Origin: a bacterium
Lineage (GTDB): Bacteria; Patescibacteriota; Minisyncoccia; UBA6257; Colwellbacteraceae
Direction: 5' to 3'
DNA length: 64,000 bases
Assembly (NCBI GenBank): GCA_021787205.1
Contig: JAJYME010000007.1
Location: 10,334-74,333, forward strand
Shown: piece after piece, positions 8,833-18,893 of the stretch
How the letters are laid out: every line of letters begins with the position of its first letter
Position numbering within the stretch: position 1 is the first letter of the stretch
The notes under the pieces: generated by a model
What the model saw: the letters and a program-made list of their open reading frames with translations, nothing else
Told to the model about the DNA's origin: nothing
Database searches by the model: none
Program-made: the position numbers and the translations under genes

Positions 8833-10068
8833 ATGCTTTTTATGAACGAGAACAAATCCTTAAAACTGAAGATAATCTTGGTGACCGTGTCCTGTTTGGC
8901 GGCGGTTTCCTTCCCTTTGGGATTCTATGCCGGAAGCCACACCGAGGCAGCGCAGATCAAGATCTTCTCAAACCTTATTAATACTACGAGCGAGGATTCA
9001 CAGACTGATTTCAATCTTTTCTGGGACGCTTGGAAATTGCTTCGCGAGAATTATCTGAGATCGGACCAGGTATCCGACCAGAAGATGGTCTATGGCGCCA
9101 TCCGCGGATTAGCCGAAGGGATGGGAGACAAATACACCACTTACTTCGATCCGGAGGAAGCCAAGCAGTTCAGCGAGACGATCAATGGAGAATTCGGAGG
9201 CATCGGAGCCGAGCTTGAATCCCAAAACGGCTATGTAATTGTCGTAGCGCCCTTAAAGGGCACGCCGGCAGAAGCGGTGGGAATGAAAGCGAAAGACGTC
9301 ATTGTCAAAATAGACGGCAAAGACGTGACCGGAGAGAACCTGAATGACGTCGTCAAAAATATCCGAGGAGAGGCCGGAAGCAAGGTCAAGATAACCGTGT
9401 TAAGAGAAGGTGTCGGCTCGCTTGACTTCAATATCACGAGAGCGATCATCAAAGTCCCGGCTATCAAATACGAAACGAAGGGCAACATCGGCTATATCAA
9501 GATCGCTTCATTCACCCCCAAGACAAGCGAGGAATTCGCAAAGGCCATCAGCGACCTCTTTGGAAACAAAAAAGTTTCAGGATTGGTAATCGATTTAAGA
9601 AATAACCCCGGAGGTTATCTCGACACGGCCGTAAAGTTGGCCGGATGGTTCTTACCTAAGAACTCATTGGTAGTTTCCGAAAGATATTCTTCCGGAAACT
9701 CAATCGAGCTTCGCTCCGACGGAATGGGAGTCTTAAAGAACGTGCCGACGGTAGTCTTGGTAAATAACGGCTCAGCTTCGGCTTCTGAAATCTTAGCCGG
9801 CGCATTGCATGATATAAACGGCACCAAACTTATCGGAGAAAAGACTTTTGGCAAAGGCACCGTCCAAGAACTCAAAGAGTTGTCGGACGGCTCAATGCTT
9901 AAGATTACGATTGCCAACTGGGTCACTCCGGGAGGGGTCATAATCGACAAGGAAGGCATCAAGCCGGATGTCGAAACGAAGAATCCTGAATCGAAAGACA
10001 ACAAAACCGAACCCAAGGATCTCCAACTCGAAAAAGCCGTGGAGATCGTCAAGGGAATGATCAAATAA
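8833..10068 (+). CDS. ctpA: C-terminal processing peptidase, S41 family, with a PDZ domain.
   Basis: N-terminal signal/TM segment, a PDZ-like region, and the S41 core (GIGAEL ... VLVNNGSASASEILAGAL ... TFGKG). Confidence 0.85.
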   Translation: MLFMNENKSLKLKIILVTVSCLAAVSFPLGFYAGSHTEAAQIKIFSNLINTTSEDSQTDFNLFWDAWKLLRENYLRSDQVSDQKMVYGAIRGLAEGMGDKYTTYFDPEEAKQFSETINGEFGGIGAELESQNGYVIVVAPLKGTPAEAVGMKAKDVIVKIDGKDVTGENLNDVVKNIRGEAGSKVKITVLREGVGSLDFNITRAIIKVPAIKYETKGNIGYIKIASFTPKTSEEFAKAISDLFGNKKVSGLVIDLRNNPGGYLDTAVKLAGWFLPKNSLVVSERYSSGNSIELRSDGMGVLKNVPTVVLVNNGSASASEILAGALHDINGTKLIGEKTFGKGTVQELKELSDGSMLKITIANWVTPGGVIIDKEGIKPDVETKNPESKDNKTEPKDLQLEKAVEIVKGMIK

Positions 10069-10069
10069 A

Positions 10070-10498
10070 ATGAAAGTCGTTTTAACAAAAGATGTAAAGA
10101 ACTTTGGCCGCCGCGGAGACATCAAGGAAGTCTCCGACGGTTATGCCAACAACTTTCTTTTTGCCAAAGGATACGCAGTGCCGGCTTCAAAAAGCGCGGT
10201 AACTAAGATCGGCGAAAAGAAGAACTCCGAAAATATCGAAGAGAAAAGATTCAAGGAGAAACTGAAGGCGATAGCCCAGAACATCCCGGAATTCAAGCTG
10301 AAGTCCGGAAATAAGGGAGAAGCCTTCGGATCGGTAAAACCGGAAGATATCGAAAAAGAAATAAAAAAAGCCGGAATTGAGAACCCAAAGGTAGAGATGC
10401 CCAAACCCATCAAAGAATTCGGCGAATTCGAAGTCGTTGTCGGCATCGGACGCGGAGTAAAGGATAAGATCAAGATCAAAGTTTCACCCTTGCAGTAA
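10070..10498 (+). CDS. rplI: 50S ribosomal protein L9.
   Basis: N-terminus MKVVLTKDVKNFGRRGDIKEVSDGYANNFL matches the L9 consensus. Confidence 0.9.
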   Translation: MKVVLTKDVKNFGRRGDIKEVSDGYANNFLFAKGYAVPASKSAVTKIGEKKNSENIEEKRFKEKLKAIAQNIPEFKLKSGNKGEAFGSVKPEDIEKEIKKAGIENPKVEMPKPIKEFGEFEVVVGIGRGVKDKIKIKVSPLQ

Positions 10499-10530
10499 AA
10501 AATGCCCTTTTGGGGCATTTTTATTTTTAT
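10499..10530 (+). terminator. Intrinsic terminator after rplI.
   Basis: aaatgccc tttt ggggcattt followed by tttatttttat. Confidence 0.7.
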
Positions 10531-10545
10531 AGTAAAATATGGCTT

Positions 10546-12054
10546 ATGGAGGCAATCGGCATTTCAATCAGCGAAAACTTAATATCGGTAATGACTGAAA
10601 AGGAGAAGGTGTTCACCTCCGCCATTGACGCTGCCGACAACTCGACAAAAACAATAAGGGAGAATCTGGAATCGGATAAGATAAAAGTATTTTACGATGC
10701 CAAACCGGTAATAAAAGAATTGATAAAGAACGGCTTCAAGGTAAACGGACCGATCTTTGACATTAAGATCGCAGAGAAGTTGATAAGCGGCGGAGAGGAT
10801 CAAGAAAAGGAGAAAGCGCCGACGGTCAAGGAGCTGATTTCTTTAAGGGAGAAACTGGTCAAAGAAATTACCAAGAATAACTTGGTCGAGGTATGCAAGC
10901 TGGAATTCGATTGCATTTTTGCCGTCGTCCAAATGGAGCTGAACGGGATAAAGCTTGATGCAAAGAAATGGCAGAAACTCTACGACAGATATCTGGCTGA
11001 ACAGAAAGACATCAATGAGGAGCTGCAAAAGGAATTCGGAATAGAAAATCTTAACCTTAACAGTCCCCAACAGATGCTCAAGGCGTTTGAAGGGCAGAAT
11101 ATATATCTCAAGAGCACCTCCCATCAAGAGCTCTCCGAATACAGGGGCAGCAATAAAGTCGTTGATAAGTTCCTAGAATATCGAAGGGTCACGAAAGCGA
11201 TCCAAAGTTTCCTGGCTCCCATCCCGCAATACCTTGACCCCGAGAACGGCCGGCTTCACCCAAGCTACAACCAGCTTGGAGCCTTGTCTGGAAGATTCTC
11301 TTGCGAAGGACCGAATATCCAGCAAATCCCGAGGGACGACGAGTTCCGCGAATGTTTTATTCCTGATAAGGGAAACAAGCTGATCATCGCCGATTATTCC
11401 CAAATAGAATTGCGAGTGGCGGCGGAAATCGCAAACGACGAGACGATGATCGAAGCCTACAAGAACGGAATCGATCTTCACTTGCTTACCGCCTCGATCG
11501 TTACCGGGAAGGAATTGAAAGACGTCACCAAGCAAGAAAGACAGGCAGCGAAGGCGATGAACTTCGGTCTCATCTATGGCATGGGCGCCAGGGGATTCCA
11601 GATATACGCCAAATCAACCTACGGGGTCGTCCTATCGCTTAAAGAGGCGGTGAACTTCAGAAACAAATTCTTTGACGCCTATAAGGGAATTGCCGAGTGG
11701 CATCAGAAGACAGACAAGATGATCAACGTCTTCGAGTATCGGACTTTGAGCGGAAGGAGGGTGATATTTGATACGCAGCCGGGAATCTCAACCCGATTGA
11801 ACGTCCCGGTGCAGGGAACGGCAGCCGATATTATCAAGAAGGCCTTGGGAGAGCTAGCCCAGAGAAGCGCTGAAAAGGGCTTCAGAATCCTCGCCACCGT
11901 CCATGATGAAATCTTGCTCGAATCGAGTGAAAAGACGGCGGATGAGTCCTCTCAGGAGCTTAAAAAGGCAATGGAGAAGGCAGGCGCTCACTATCTTAAA
12001 AAAGTCCCAGTTTTGGCTGACGCAAAAATCGCTGATTCCTGGGCAGAGAAGTAA
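10546..12054 (+). CDS. polA: DNA polymerase I, polymerase domain only. No 5'-3' exonuclease domain and a degenerate 3'-5' exonuclease region.
   Basis: Family-A polymerase motifs A (DYSQIELR), B (RQAAKAMNFGLIYG) and C (VHDE). Only 503 aa from the ATG at 10546; the track's start at 10510 is a TTG. Confidence 0.85.
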   Translation: MEAIGISISENLISVMTEKEKVFTSAIDAADNSTKTIRENLESDKIKVFYDAKPVIKELIKNGFKVNGPIFDIKIAEKLISGGEDQEKEKAPTVKELISLREKLVKEITKNNLVEVCKLEFDCIFAVVQMELNGIKLDAKKWQKLYDRYLAEQKDINEELQKEFGIENLNLNSPQQMLKAFEGQNIYLKSTSHQELSEYRGSNKVVDKFLEYRRVTKAIQSFLAPIPQYLDPENGRLHPSYNQLGALSGRFSCEGPNIQQIPRDDEFRECFIPDKGNKLIIADYSQIELRVAAEIANDETMIEAYKNGIDLHLLTASIVTGKELKDVTKQERQAAKAMNFGLIYGMGARGFQIYAKSTYGVVLSLKEAVNFRNKFFDAYKGIAEWHQKTDKMINVFEYRTLSGRRVIFDTQPGISTRLNVPVQGTAADIIKKALGELAQRSAEKGFRILATVHDEILLESSEKTADESSQELKKAMEKAGAHYLKKVPVLADAKIADSWAEK

Positions 12055-12066
12055 ATAAACTAAAAT

Positions 12067-12095
12067 AAAATCGCCTTGCAAAAAAGGCGATTTTG
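12067..12095 (+). terminator. Intrinsic terminator after polA.
   Basis: aaaatcgcctt gcaaaaa aggcgatttt. Confidence 0.7.
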
Positions 12096-12137
12096 TGGTA
12101 TTATAAGTCGTTTTTAATCTAAACAATAAAAAGTCCA

Positions 12138-13949
12138 ATGAGAGAGATAAGAAATATCGCAATAATCGCCCACGTAGACCACGGAAAAACTACATTGGTA
12201 GACGCTCTTTTGAAGCAGTCGGAAAACTTCAAACTCAAAGCTGATCAGGTTTCCGAACTGATCATGGATTCTAACGAGCTTGAAAGAGAAAGAGGCATCA
12301 CTATTTTTTCCAAGAATGCCTCAGTCGAATATAAGGGCATAAAAATTAATATAGTCGACACCCCGGGACACTCTGATTTCGGAGGTGAAGTCGAACGCAT
12401 CATGAGAATGGTCGATGGAGTCGCCTTATTGGTCGACGCCAAGGAGGGACCGATGCCTCAGACGAAATTCGTCTTGAGAAAAGCCATCGAAGCCGGAAAG
12501 AAAGTCATCCTCGTCATCAACAAGATCGACAAACCCGACGCTCGCGTCGAGTGGGTCTTGAACGCCGTTTATGACCTCTTCATCGATTTGGGAGCGACTG
12601 ACGAGCAGATAGAATTCCCCGTCATTTACGCTTCAGGAGTCCAAGGAAAGGCCGGGTTCGAGCCCGATCTCTCCAAGATGAAGAATGTCGAACCCGTCTT
12701 CCAAAAGATTGTCGAGTATTTGCCGGCACCGGAGGTAAACGTCGAAGCGCCCCTTCAGATGCTTGTCGCCAATACCCAATATGACAACTACAAAGGAAAG
12801 ATGGCTATCGGAAGAATCTATACGGGAAAGATCTCGGTAGGAGACCAGGTCGCTGTCTTTGACCATGACGGAAATATCAGAAAGAGAAACGTTTCCGGCG
12901 TCACTTTGTTCTCAGGCTTGGCCAAGGTTGATACCAAGACCGCCGAAGCTGGAGACATCGCCGCCATTTCCGGAATCGATGATATCTCAATCGGAGAAAC
13001 CATCGCCGATATCAATAATCCCGTCGCCTTGCCGCCGATCCATATCGACGAGCCGACGATCAAGATGACCTTCGGAGTCAATACGTCTCCATTTGCCGGA
13101 AAAGAAGGAGAATACACCACTTCCAGAAACATCAAAGAAAGATTGGAGAAAGAAACCGAAGCCGATGTCGCTTTGAAAGTTTCCAAGACCGATACGACCG
13201 ATAAATGGGTCGTTGCCGGACGCGGAGAATTGCATTTGGCGATCCTGATTGAAAAGATGAGGCGCGAAGGCTACGAATTCGAAGTCTCAAAGCCCCAGGT
13301 CATCATGAAGGAAGAGGATGGAAAGACCTTGGAACCGATCGAATTGTTATCCGTCGAAGTCCCGGAGGCTTTTTCCGGAACCGTCATCGAAATGGTCGGA
13401 AAGCGTTTGGGAGTAATGAAAGACATGGCAGTCGACTTCGGTCTCTGCAAGCTTGAATTTACCATTCCCACCAGAGGACTTATCGGTATCAGGAACGTCT
13501 TTATGACCGCCACCAAGGGACAAGGAATTATGAATACCTTGTTTATGGGATACGAAGAACTCAAGGGAGAAGTCAGATCGCGCGAACACGGTTCGATTAT
13601 CTGCACCGAAGCCGGAGAGACTAACAACTACGGTTTGGTTGCCGCCCAGGGCAGGGGAGAACTGTTCTACTCCGCCGGAGTTCCCGTCTATGAAGGTATG
13701 GTTGTCGGAGCCAACGCCAAAGAAGGCGACGTCCCCGTCAATGTCTGCCGTGAAAAGCAGTTAACCAACTTCCGCGCCAAGAACGAAGGATTGCAAGACC
13801 AACTTGAAGTCCCCAGAAAGATGACTCTCGAGGATTCTCTCGATTATATCTCTGACGACGAACTCGTTGAGATCACCCCGAAGTCAGTCCGCATCAGAAA
13901 GAAGTTCCTGACCGAAGTTGAAAGAAAAAGAGCCTCCAGAGGATTCTAA
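12138..13949 (+). CDS. typA: Translational GTPase TypA/BipA.
   Basis: N-terminus [17 protein letters not shown] ... DTPGHSDF ... NKIDK, 603 aa. The overall architecture fits BipA rather than EF-G or LepA. Confidence 0.9.
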   Translation: MREIRNIAIIAHVDHGKTTLVDALLKQSENFKLKADQVSELIMDSNELERERGITIFSKNASVEYKGIKINIVDTPGHSDFGGEVERIMRMVDGVALLVDAKEGPMPQTKFVLRKAIEAGKKVILVINKIDKPDARVEWVLNAVYDLFIDLGATDEQIEFPVIYASGVQGKAGFEPDLSKMKNVEPVFQKIVEYLPAPEVNVEAPLQMLVANTQYDNYKGKMAIGRIYTGKISVGDQVAVFDHDGNIRKRNVSGVTLFSGLAKVDTKTAEAGDIAAISGIDDISIGETIADINNPVALPPIHIDEPTIKMTFGVNTSPFAGKEGEYTTSRNIKERLEKETEADVALKVSKTDTTDKWVVAGRGELHLAILIEKMRREGYEFEVSKPQVIMKEEDGKTLEPIELLSVEVPEAFSGTVIEMVGKRLGVMKDMAVDFGLCKLEFTIPTRGLIGIRNVFMTATKGQGIMNTLFMGYEELKGEVRSREHGSIICTEAGETNNYGLVAAQGRGELFYSAGVPVYEGMVVGANAKEGDVPVNVCREKQLTNFRAKNEGLQDQLEVPRKMTLEDSLDYISDDELVEITPKSVRIRKKFLTEVERKRASRGF

Positions 13950-14089
13950 TCTTTCGGAAAAGAGAAGATTATCGGTCTCTTATAAGTGTCTCTGACATAT
14001 AAGACGCCCAGCTGGAAACCGAGGAGAAAGACCAGGATTCCGATAACAACAAGCACAATCTTATCTCTCTTATCAATTGACTTAAACAT
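13948..14089 (-). CDS. Candidate 46 aa single-pass membrane peptide ([47 protein letters not shown]).
   Basis: ATG at 14089 and a stop overlapping the typA stop codon. It has a hydrophobic core. It is below the ORF-track length cutoff and there is no homology support. Confidence 0.25.
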
Positions 14090-14182
14090 GGATTTATTAT
14101 AACATTAATCCGTTACTCATCTTTCACCGTATGGCTGTTGTAGCGGCCATACACCATTAATTTTTACAAGATAAAATAACAA

Positions 14183-14470
14183 ATGGCACATACAAAAGCC
14201 CTAGGCTCTACAAGACTCGGCCGTGATTCAGAATCAAAGCGCCTAGGGATTAAGAGAAATCACGGTCAATTCGTCAAAGCTGGAGAAATCATCATCCGCC
14301 AAAGAGGAACCAGATACCTTCCGGGTATGAACGTTCTTCGCGCCGGAGACGATACTCTCTTCGCAGGAAAAGACGGAGTCATTGAATTCTACAAACAAAA
14401 GAAAACTTGTTTCGATTCTTCGATCCGCAAGGTCACTTGCGTCAGAATCAAAGAGAAAGCCGCTAAATAA
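14183..14470 (+). CDS. rpmA: 50S ribosomal protein L27.
   Basis: [25 protein letters not shown] ... IIIRQRGT, the classic L27 N-terminus. Confidence 0.9.
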   Translation: MAHTKALGSTRLGRDSESKRLGIKRNHGQFVKAGEIIIRQRGTRYLPGMNVLRAGDDTLFAGKDGVIEFYKQKKTCFDSSIRKVTCVRIKEKAAK

Positions 14471-14521
14471 GCGGTTTTTTCTTTTGTCTGAAAATGGTAT
14501 GATTATGGCTGATTTACCACC

Positions 14522-15289
14522 ATGGAATACAAGAATCTGGAAGACTTTATCGCTCGCGCCGGACATATGAATGACGGAATATGGTACCCGAGAGTCACAA
14601 GCATCATTTCAATAAAATCCAAACCCGCCTTATACCGTTATTACGCTTCCATGCCAAGCTGGTTCCACGCCGAAAGGATAAAGAACAAATCGGCGGAGGA
14701 GGGAACTCTCATCCATGAGGCAGTCCAATCAGCGATGGTGGGGGAAGAATATGATAACCATACGGAAAACACCTTGGCCGCAGTCTTAGCTTATAAGCAA
14801 TTCAACGACCAACTGAATCTCATTTCCGAAAAAAACAAAATAGAATACAAGATCGTTAACCAACAAGAAAAATACGCCGGCACCATTGACGCCATTGTCA
14901 CTATCGGCGACAAGACCGGCGTCCTCGACATAAAGACCTCTCCCAGCGTTTACCGGGATTACAATCTTCAAACGGCGGCTTATATGGAATCGGCGAGAAA
15001 GGATTTCCCGGAAGTATCTACCCGTTGGATCCTGCTTATAAATACGAACCAGACTTGCGAATTGTGCGGATCAAATAGGAGAATCAAAGGCGGAAAGGAA
15101 ACTCTAAGCCTTAATACGAAGAATGACTATTCGATCAATTGCCTCCATAAGTGGTCAGCCCTCAAAGGCAACGTCCTTCTTAAGGAGTTAAAGGATTTCG
15201 AAATGGATTACGAAGCCTTCCTGGGAGCCAAAAAACTTTGGGAATGGGAGTATGCCGGCTATCTGAAAAAAATCGGCTATAAACAATAA
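14522..15289 (+). CDS. PD-(D/E)xK nuclease superfamily protein (RecB/Cas4-like fold, without the 4-Cys cluster).
   Basis: Motifs GTIDAIV ... LDIKTS ... QTAAY (D, D/E-x-K, QxxxY) in the canonical order. Confidence 0.6.
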   Translation: MEYKNLEDFIARAGHMNDGIWYPRVTSIISIKSKPALYRYYASMPSWFHAERIKNKSAEEGTLIHEAVQSAMVGEEYDNHTENTLAAVLAYKQFNDQLNLISEKNKIEYKIVNQQEKYAGTIDAIVTIGDKTGVLDIKTSPSVYRDYNLQTAAYMESARKDFPEVSTRWILLINTNQTCELCGSNRRIKGGKETLSLNTKNDYSINCLHKWSALKGNVLLKELKDFEMDYEAFLGAKKLWEWEYAGYLKKIGYKQ

Positions 15290-15308
15290 ACTCTTTTTGG
15301 TGTATAAT
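15280..15308 (+). promoter_or_regulatory. Sigma70-like promoter: TAAACA, 17 bp spacer, TATAAT.
   Basis: -35-like hexamer at 15280-15285 and a perfect -10 TATAAT at 15303-15308. It sits upstream of the small peptide ORF and the DedA gene. Confidence 0.4.
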
Positions 15309-15324
15309 TCATTCCAATACGCAA

Positions 15325-15408
15325 ATGGAAATATTCAATTGGATAATCAGAATATTGGCCTTAGGAGCCTTAATCGCCCTGATCATTTGGTACTTAAAGA
15401 ACAGATAA
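15325..15408 (+). CDS. Candidate 27 aa hydrophobic peptide (MEIFNWIIRILALGALIALIIWYLKNR).
   Basis: ATG at 15325 and TAA at 15406, 4 nt upstream of the DedA start and downstream of the promoter-like element. Confidence 0.3.
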   Translation: MEIFNWIIRILALGALIALIIWYLKNR

Positions 15409-15412
15409 AAAA

Positions 15413-15991
15413 ATGCAATTTATAAACGTCGCCAGTTATCCTGCTATTTTTCTCGGAACGTTCGTGGACAGCGAAGTGACCATTTTTGCCCTTGTTGCCG
15501 CCGCCAAACACGGAGTAGTCAGTCTGCCAGTGGCCCTGGCAATTGTTTTTATTGCCGCCGCGATAAGCGATAACAGCTGGTTTGCCGTCGGGCGCCTGGC
15601 GAACCAAGACCTCTCGGAAAAGTTCTCAGGAGTAAAGAAGATAACGAACACCAGGCTTGGGCGCTTTGTCTCGAATCACGCCGGGTTCATCACAATCATC
15701 ATGAGATTCGCTTACGGCTTCCGCGGGATAATCCCGATCTCGGTCGGGTTTTCGGGAATGAAGCCGATCAAGTTCTTCATACTTAATCTCTTAAGCATCG
15801 CCGCATGGCTTACGACAGTCACTTATCTGTCGACAGTCTTCAATGCCAGATTCGATCCCTATTTGGAAAAGCTTCGTTATTTCGAAAAAGGATCAAGCTT
15901 GGCAATCCTGCTTGTTATCCTGATAGCCCTCGTGGCTTTGGGAATCAAAAAACAGAAAGCCCTTCTCTCAGGCAGAAAAAAGAACAAATGA
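15413..15991 (+). CDS. DedA/VTT-domain membrane protein.
   Basis: Pattern of 4-5 TM segments with a conserved G-x-x-x-R-F-A-Y-G-x-R (RFAYGFRG) typical of the DedA family. Confidence 0.7.
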   Translation: MQFINVASYPAIFLGTFVDSEVTIFALVAAAKHGVVSLPVALAIVFIAAAISDNSWFAVGRLANQDLSEKFSGVKKITNTRLGRFVSNHAGFITIIMRFAYGFRGIIPISVGFSGMKPIKFFILNLLSIAAWLTTVTYLSTVFNARFDPYLEKLRYFEKGSSLAILLVILIALVALGIKKQKALLSGRKKNK

Positions 15992-16758
15992 GTTTTATTT
16001 ATTATCCGGCCGCTGGAGCTTTGATTACCGCGCTCCTGGCCTACAATTTCAAAGTCGGCAATATCTTCAGAATCATCAACGCTTCCATCCCGGAATTACC
16101 GCGACCGAAAAAGAGCGACAGGATCCTGGTCTTCGCGCCGCATGAAGATGATGAAATGATCGCCGCCGGCGGATTAATCGCTGAAAGCATCAAAGCCGGA
16201 GCTTCAATAAGGGTGATTATCGTAACGGATGGAAACAAGTATGGAATGAAACGCTTCCGCTACAGAGAATCAGTGAACGCCGGGAAGATAATCGGTTTGT
16301 CGAAGGAGAAAATAACGTTTTGGAACTTCAAGGACGGACACTTGTTCAAAGAGGCGAATGAGATGATAAGAAGAATGGTGATCGAGATAAGCGCCTTCAA
16401 GCCAAGTATCATCGTCTTCCCATCACCGATAGATTATCACAGAGACCACAGCACCTTAGGAACGGCAATTTCGTCCTATCTGAAGGGAGAGTCCTGGAAG
16501 GGGACTAAGCTCCAATACCTGGTGCACTATCCGTCCTATCCTTATCAAAAATCGTATGAACCGAAAGCGGCATTGATGCCGCCCCTAGCCCTGTTTACCA
16601 AGGAGCATACCAAATGGAGGAAGTTCACACTATCAAAAGAAACGATGGCGGCGAAAGAGAAGGCGATAGACCGATATAAGACCCAGCTCGTCATGCCAGC
16701 CTTGGGGAAGCTCATCTATAGCTTCATAAGAAAGAACGAATTGTTTTATATGGACTGA
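15988..16758 (+). CDS. PIG-L/LmbE-family N-acetylglucosaminyl deacetylase.
   Basis: FAPHEDDEMIAAGG and HRDH motifs. The start is placed at the ATG at 15988, which overlaps the DedA stop as ATGA. Confidence 0.75.
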   Translation: MSFIYYPAAGALITALLAYNFKVGNIFRIINASIPELPRPKKSDRILVFAPHEDDEMIAAGGLIAESIKAGASIRVIIVTDGNKYGMKRFRYRESVNAGKIIGLSKEKITFWNFKDGHLFKEANEMIRRMVIEISAFKPSIIVFPSPIDYHRDHSTLGTAISSYLKGESWKGTKLQYLVHYPSYPYQKSYEPKAALMPPLALFTKEHTKWRKFTLSKETMAAKEKAIDRYKTQLVMPALGKLIYSFIRKNELFYMD

Positions 16759-16772
16759 CGCAAAAACACAAA

Positions 16773-16798
16773 GGCAACCCTCACCGGGTTGTCTTTTT
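16773..16798 (+). terminator. Intrinsic terminator after the LmbE-like gene.
   Basis: gcaaccc tcacc gggttgtc followed by tttttaa. Confidence 0.65.
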
Positions 16799-17490
16799 AA
16801 GTAAAATAAACATTAATCATTTTGCGACAGATAAAAAAGAGTCGCCAAAAATAAGCAAAGGATAAGACAGCTCTCGAGTACAACCAAGACCGATCTAAGC
16901 CTAAGTCATAGGAAGCGAGCGTCGGGGAGCGAGTCATCAAAGACCCTTAAACAAAAGCTTAAAATAACTATAGAGCCTGACCGGTGATTCCAATACTATG
17001 TGTCGTATAATGCACCTTTTACGACACATATACGTGGAAAAAGCCTGGTAGACTGGAGATGTTGCCTTAGAGGTCGGCTCTACTTGCCTCTAGAATGGCC
17101 TAAATCCCAAATGGACAGGTATTACCCTACAGCCCCCATTTCCAAAAAAGCCAATCATAATTTCCTCTATAAGGCTCATTTCGGTTTTATCGATCTTAGA
17201 GATATATATTGATACCCAGCAATCCGATTGCAACCGAATTTGGGTCTGGCGGCAATAATTTTTTTAATAAAATATTTTTCATAGAAAATGATTCCGAAAT
17301 GCTTGTCGTCATCCAAGCTCGACAGAAAGATGCGCAGCTGTCTGATTAGAGGCAGAACAACCTATCGAGAGAGCGGTGTCCCATACATAAAAATCAAGGC
17401 CTTCTCCCTCCCCTTTTATATGTCGCAAAATGATATATAACAAAAAACCTCTTTAACAATAGCGACAATTGTTTTAAACTTTAAGCTAAT

Positions 17491-18858
17491 ATGAATAAAT
17501 CTTTGTCAAAAACAAAAACCAAAGAGACGCCCAGTGAAGGCGCAGTTCATTTCATAGGTATCGGAGGCATCGGGATCTCTTCCCTAGCCCGCTGGTATAA
17601 GGCTCAAAATTGGGCCGTGACGGGATCCGATGCTGTTAGGAGCTCTGTTACCGACGATCTCAGGAGGGAGGGCGTGAAGGTCAAAATAGGCAGCAAGAAG
17701 ACAAACATCCCTAAAGAAGCCCAACTTGTAATCCATACGGTGGCCATCCCTCCGGAGAACGAAGAGTTAATCGAGGCCAGAAGCAGAGGCATAAGGGTCA
17801 TCACCTATCCGCAAGCCCTGGGAGAATTTACCGGAAGATACAAAACCATCGCCGTCTCCGGCTGTCATGGGAAATCAACCACGACCGCTTTGATAGCAAA
17901 AATCTTAATCGAAGCGAAACTTGATCCGACGGTAGTTGTCGGAACCAAAGTGGAGGGTTCCAATTTCAGATACGGCAAAGGAAAATATCTTGTCATCGAG
18001 GCCGATGAATACCGAGGAGCCTTTTGGAACTATCTCCCTTATGCGGCAATCATTAACAACATCGAATTGGATCATCTTGATTTCTATAAAGACATTGAGG
18101 ATATCAAGAAATCGTTTATCGAGTTTTCCCAAAACGTTTCCAAGGATGGGTTCATCGTCGTCAACGGCGATGACAAGAATGTTTCTGACGTCGTTTCAAA
18201 AATAAAAGATAAGAAGATCGTGACTTTCAGCGAGGCAGACAGCGCCGTGATTGAGAAAATAAAGAAAGTCATCAAGATTCCTGGACATCATAACGTCTTG
18301 AACGCCCTGGCGGCTTACAAGGTGGCCAAGGAACTCAAGATAAAAGAAGACGCGATCCTTAAGGCTATTGGCAAATTCAAAGGAGTCTGGCGTCGTTCGG
18401 AATACGTCGGAAAGACTAAGGAGGGATGGAAGGTATTTGATGATTACGCTCATCACCCGACGGCCGTCAAGGTGACCCTCGACGGATTCAAGGAGAAATA
18501 CCCTAAGGATTACCTCGTTGCCGTTTTCCAGCCGCACCAGATGCTCAGATTCACTTCCTTATACGAAGACTTCAAGACTTGCTTCGATTCGGCGGACAAG
18601 GGACTGCTCTTTGATGTTTATAATCCGGCTGGACGAGACGAGAAAAAAAGCAAGGTTAGCGCCAAGACCTTAGTCAAGGATCTGAATGTCATAGCCAAAG
18701 CGAGCAAACAAGCCCCTAAGGCAATATATGTGACCGCTCAAGATTTCAAGAAGACCATCAATGCGATCATTAAGGAATCCGGAAAGAAAAGCGGCATTAT
18801 CGTCGTCATGGGCGCCGGCGACATCAATAAGCTGACACCGAAAATATTAGTAAAATAA
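17491..18858 (+). CDS. murC: UDP-N-acetylmuramate--L-alanine ligase.
   Basis: HFIGIGGIGISSLA N-terminus, GCHGKSTTT P-loop, and a Mur ligase C-terminal domain. Confidence 0.9.
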   Translation: MNKSLSKTKTKETPSEGAVHFIGIGGIGISSLARWYKAQNWAVTGSDAVRSSVTDDLRREGVKVKIGSKKTNIPKEAQLVIHTVAIPPENEELIEARSRGIRVITYPQALGEFTGRYKTIAVSGCHGKSTTTALIAKILIEAKLDPTVVVGTKVEGSNFRYGKGKYLVIEADEYRGAFWNYLPYAAIINNIELDHLDFYKDIEDIKKSFIEFSQNVSKDGFIVVNGDDKNVSDVVSKIKDKKIVTFSEADSAVIEKIKKVIKIPGHHNVLNALAAYKVAKELKIKEDAILKAIGKFKGVWRRSEYVGKTKEGWKVFDDYAHHPTAVKVTLDGFKEKYPKDYLVAVFQPHQMLRFTSLYEDFKTCFDSADKGLLFDVYNPAGRDEKKSKVSAKTLVKDLNVIAKASKQAPKAIYVTAQDFKKTINAIIKESGKKSGIIVVMGAGDINKLTPKILVK

Positions 18859-18861
18859 TAA

Positions 18862-18893
18862 ATACCGCCGAGAATATCGGCGGTATTTATATT
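18862..18893. terminator. Bidirectional hairpin (ataccgccga / tcggcggtat) between convergent genes.
   Basis: 10 bp perfect stem with an AT-rich sequence on both sides. Confidence 0.65.

Noticed and set aside
10510-10545. Longer TTG-initiated start for polA, and similarly 24038 for gltX, 8222 for thpR and 48443 for the membrane protein
   Set aside because: The track extends each ORF to the farthest alternative start. Internal ATGs just past the upstream terminator or promoter give more plausible starts.
12818-13627. Several 80-120 aa minus-strand ORFs inside typA, and similar ones inside gyrB, the P-type ATPase and other large genes
   Set aside because: They are antisense ORFs embedded in strongly supported genes, with no motifs.
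17000-17212. 70 aa ORF in the 730 bp gap
   Set aside because: No RBS context, implausible composition (CC, W, H-rich) and it overlaps a strong hairpin. The region is treated as non-coding.
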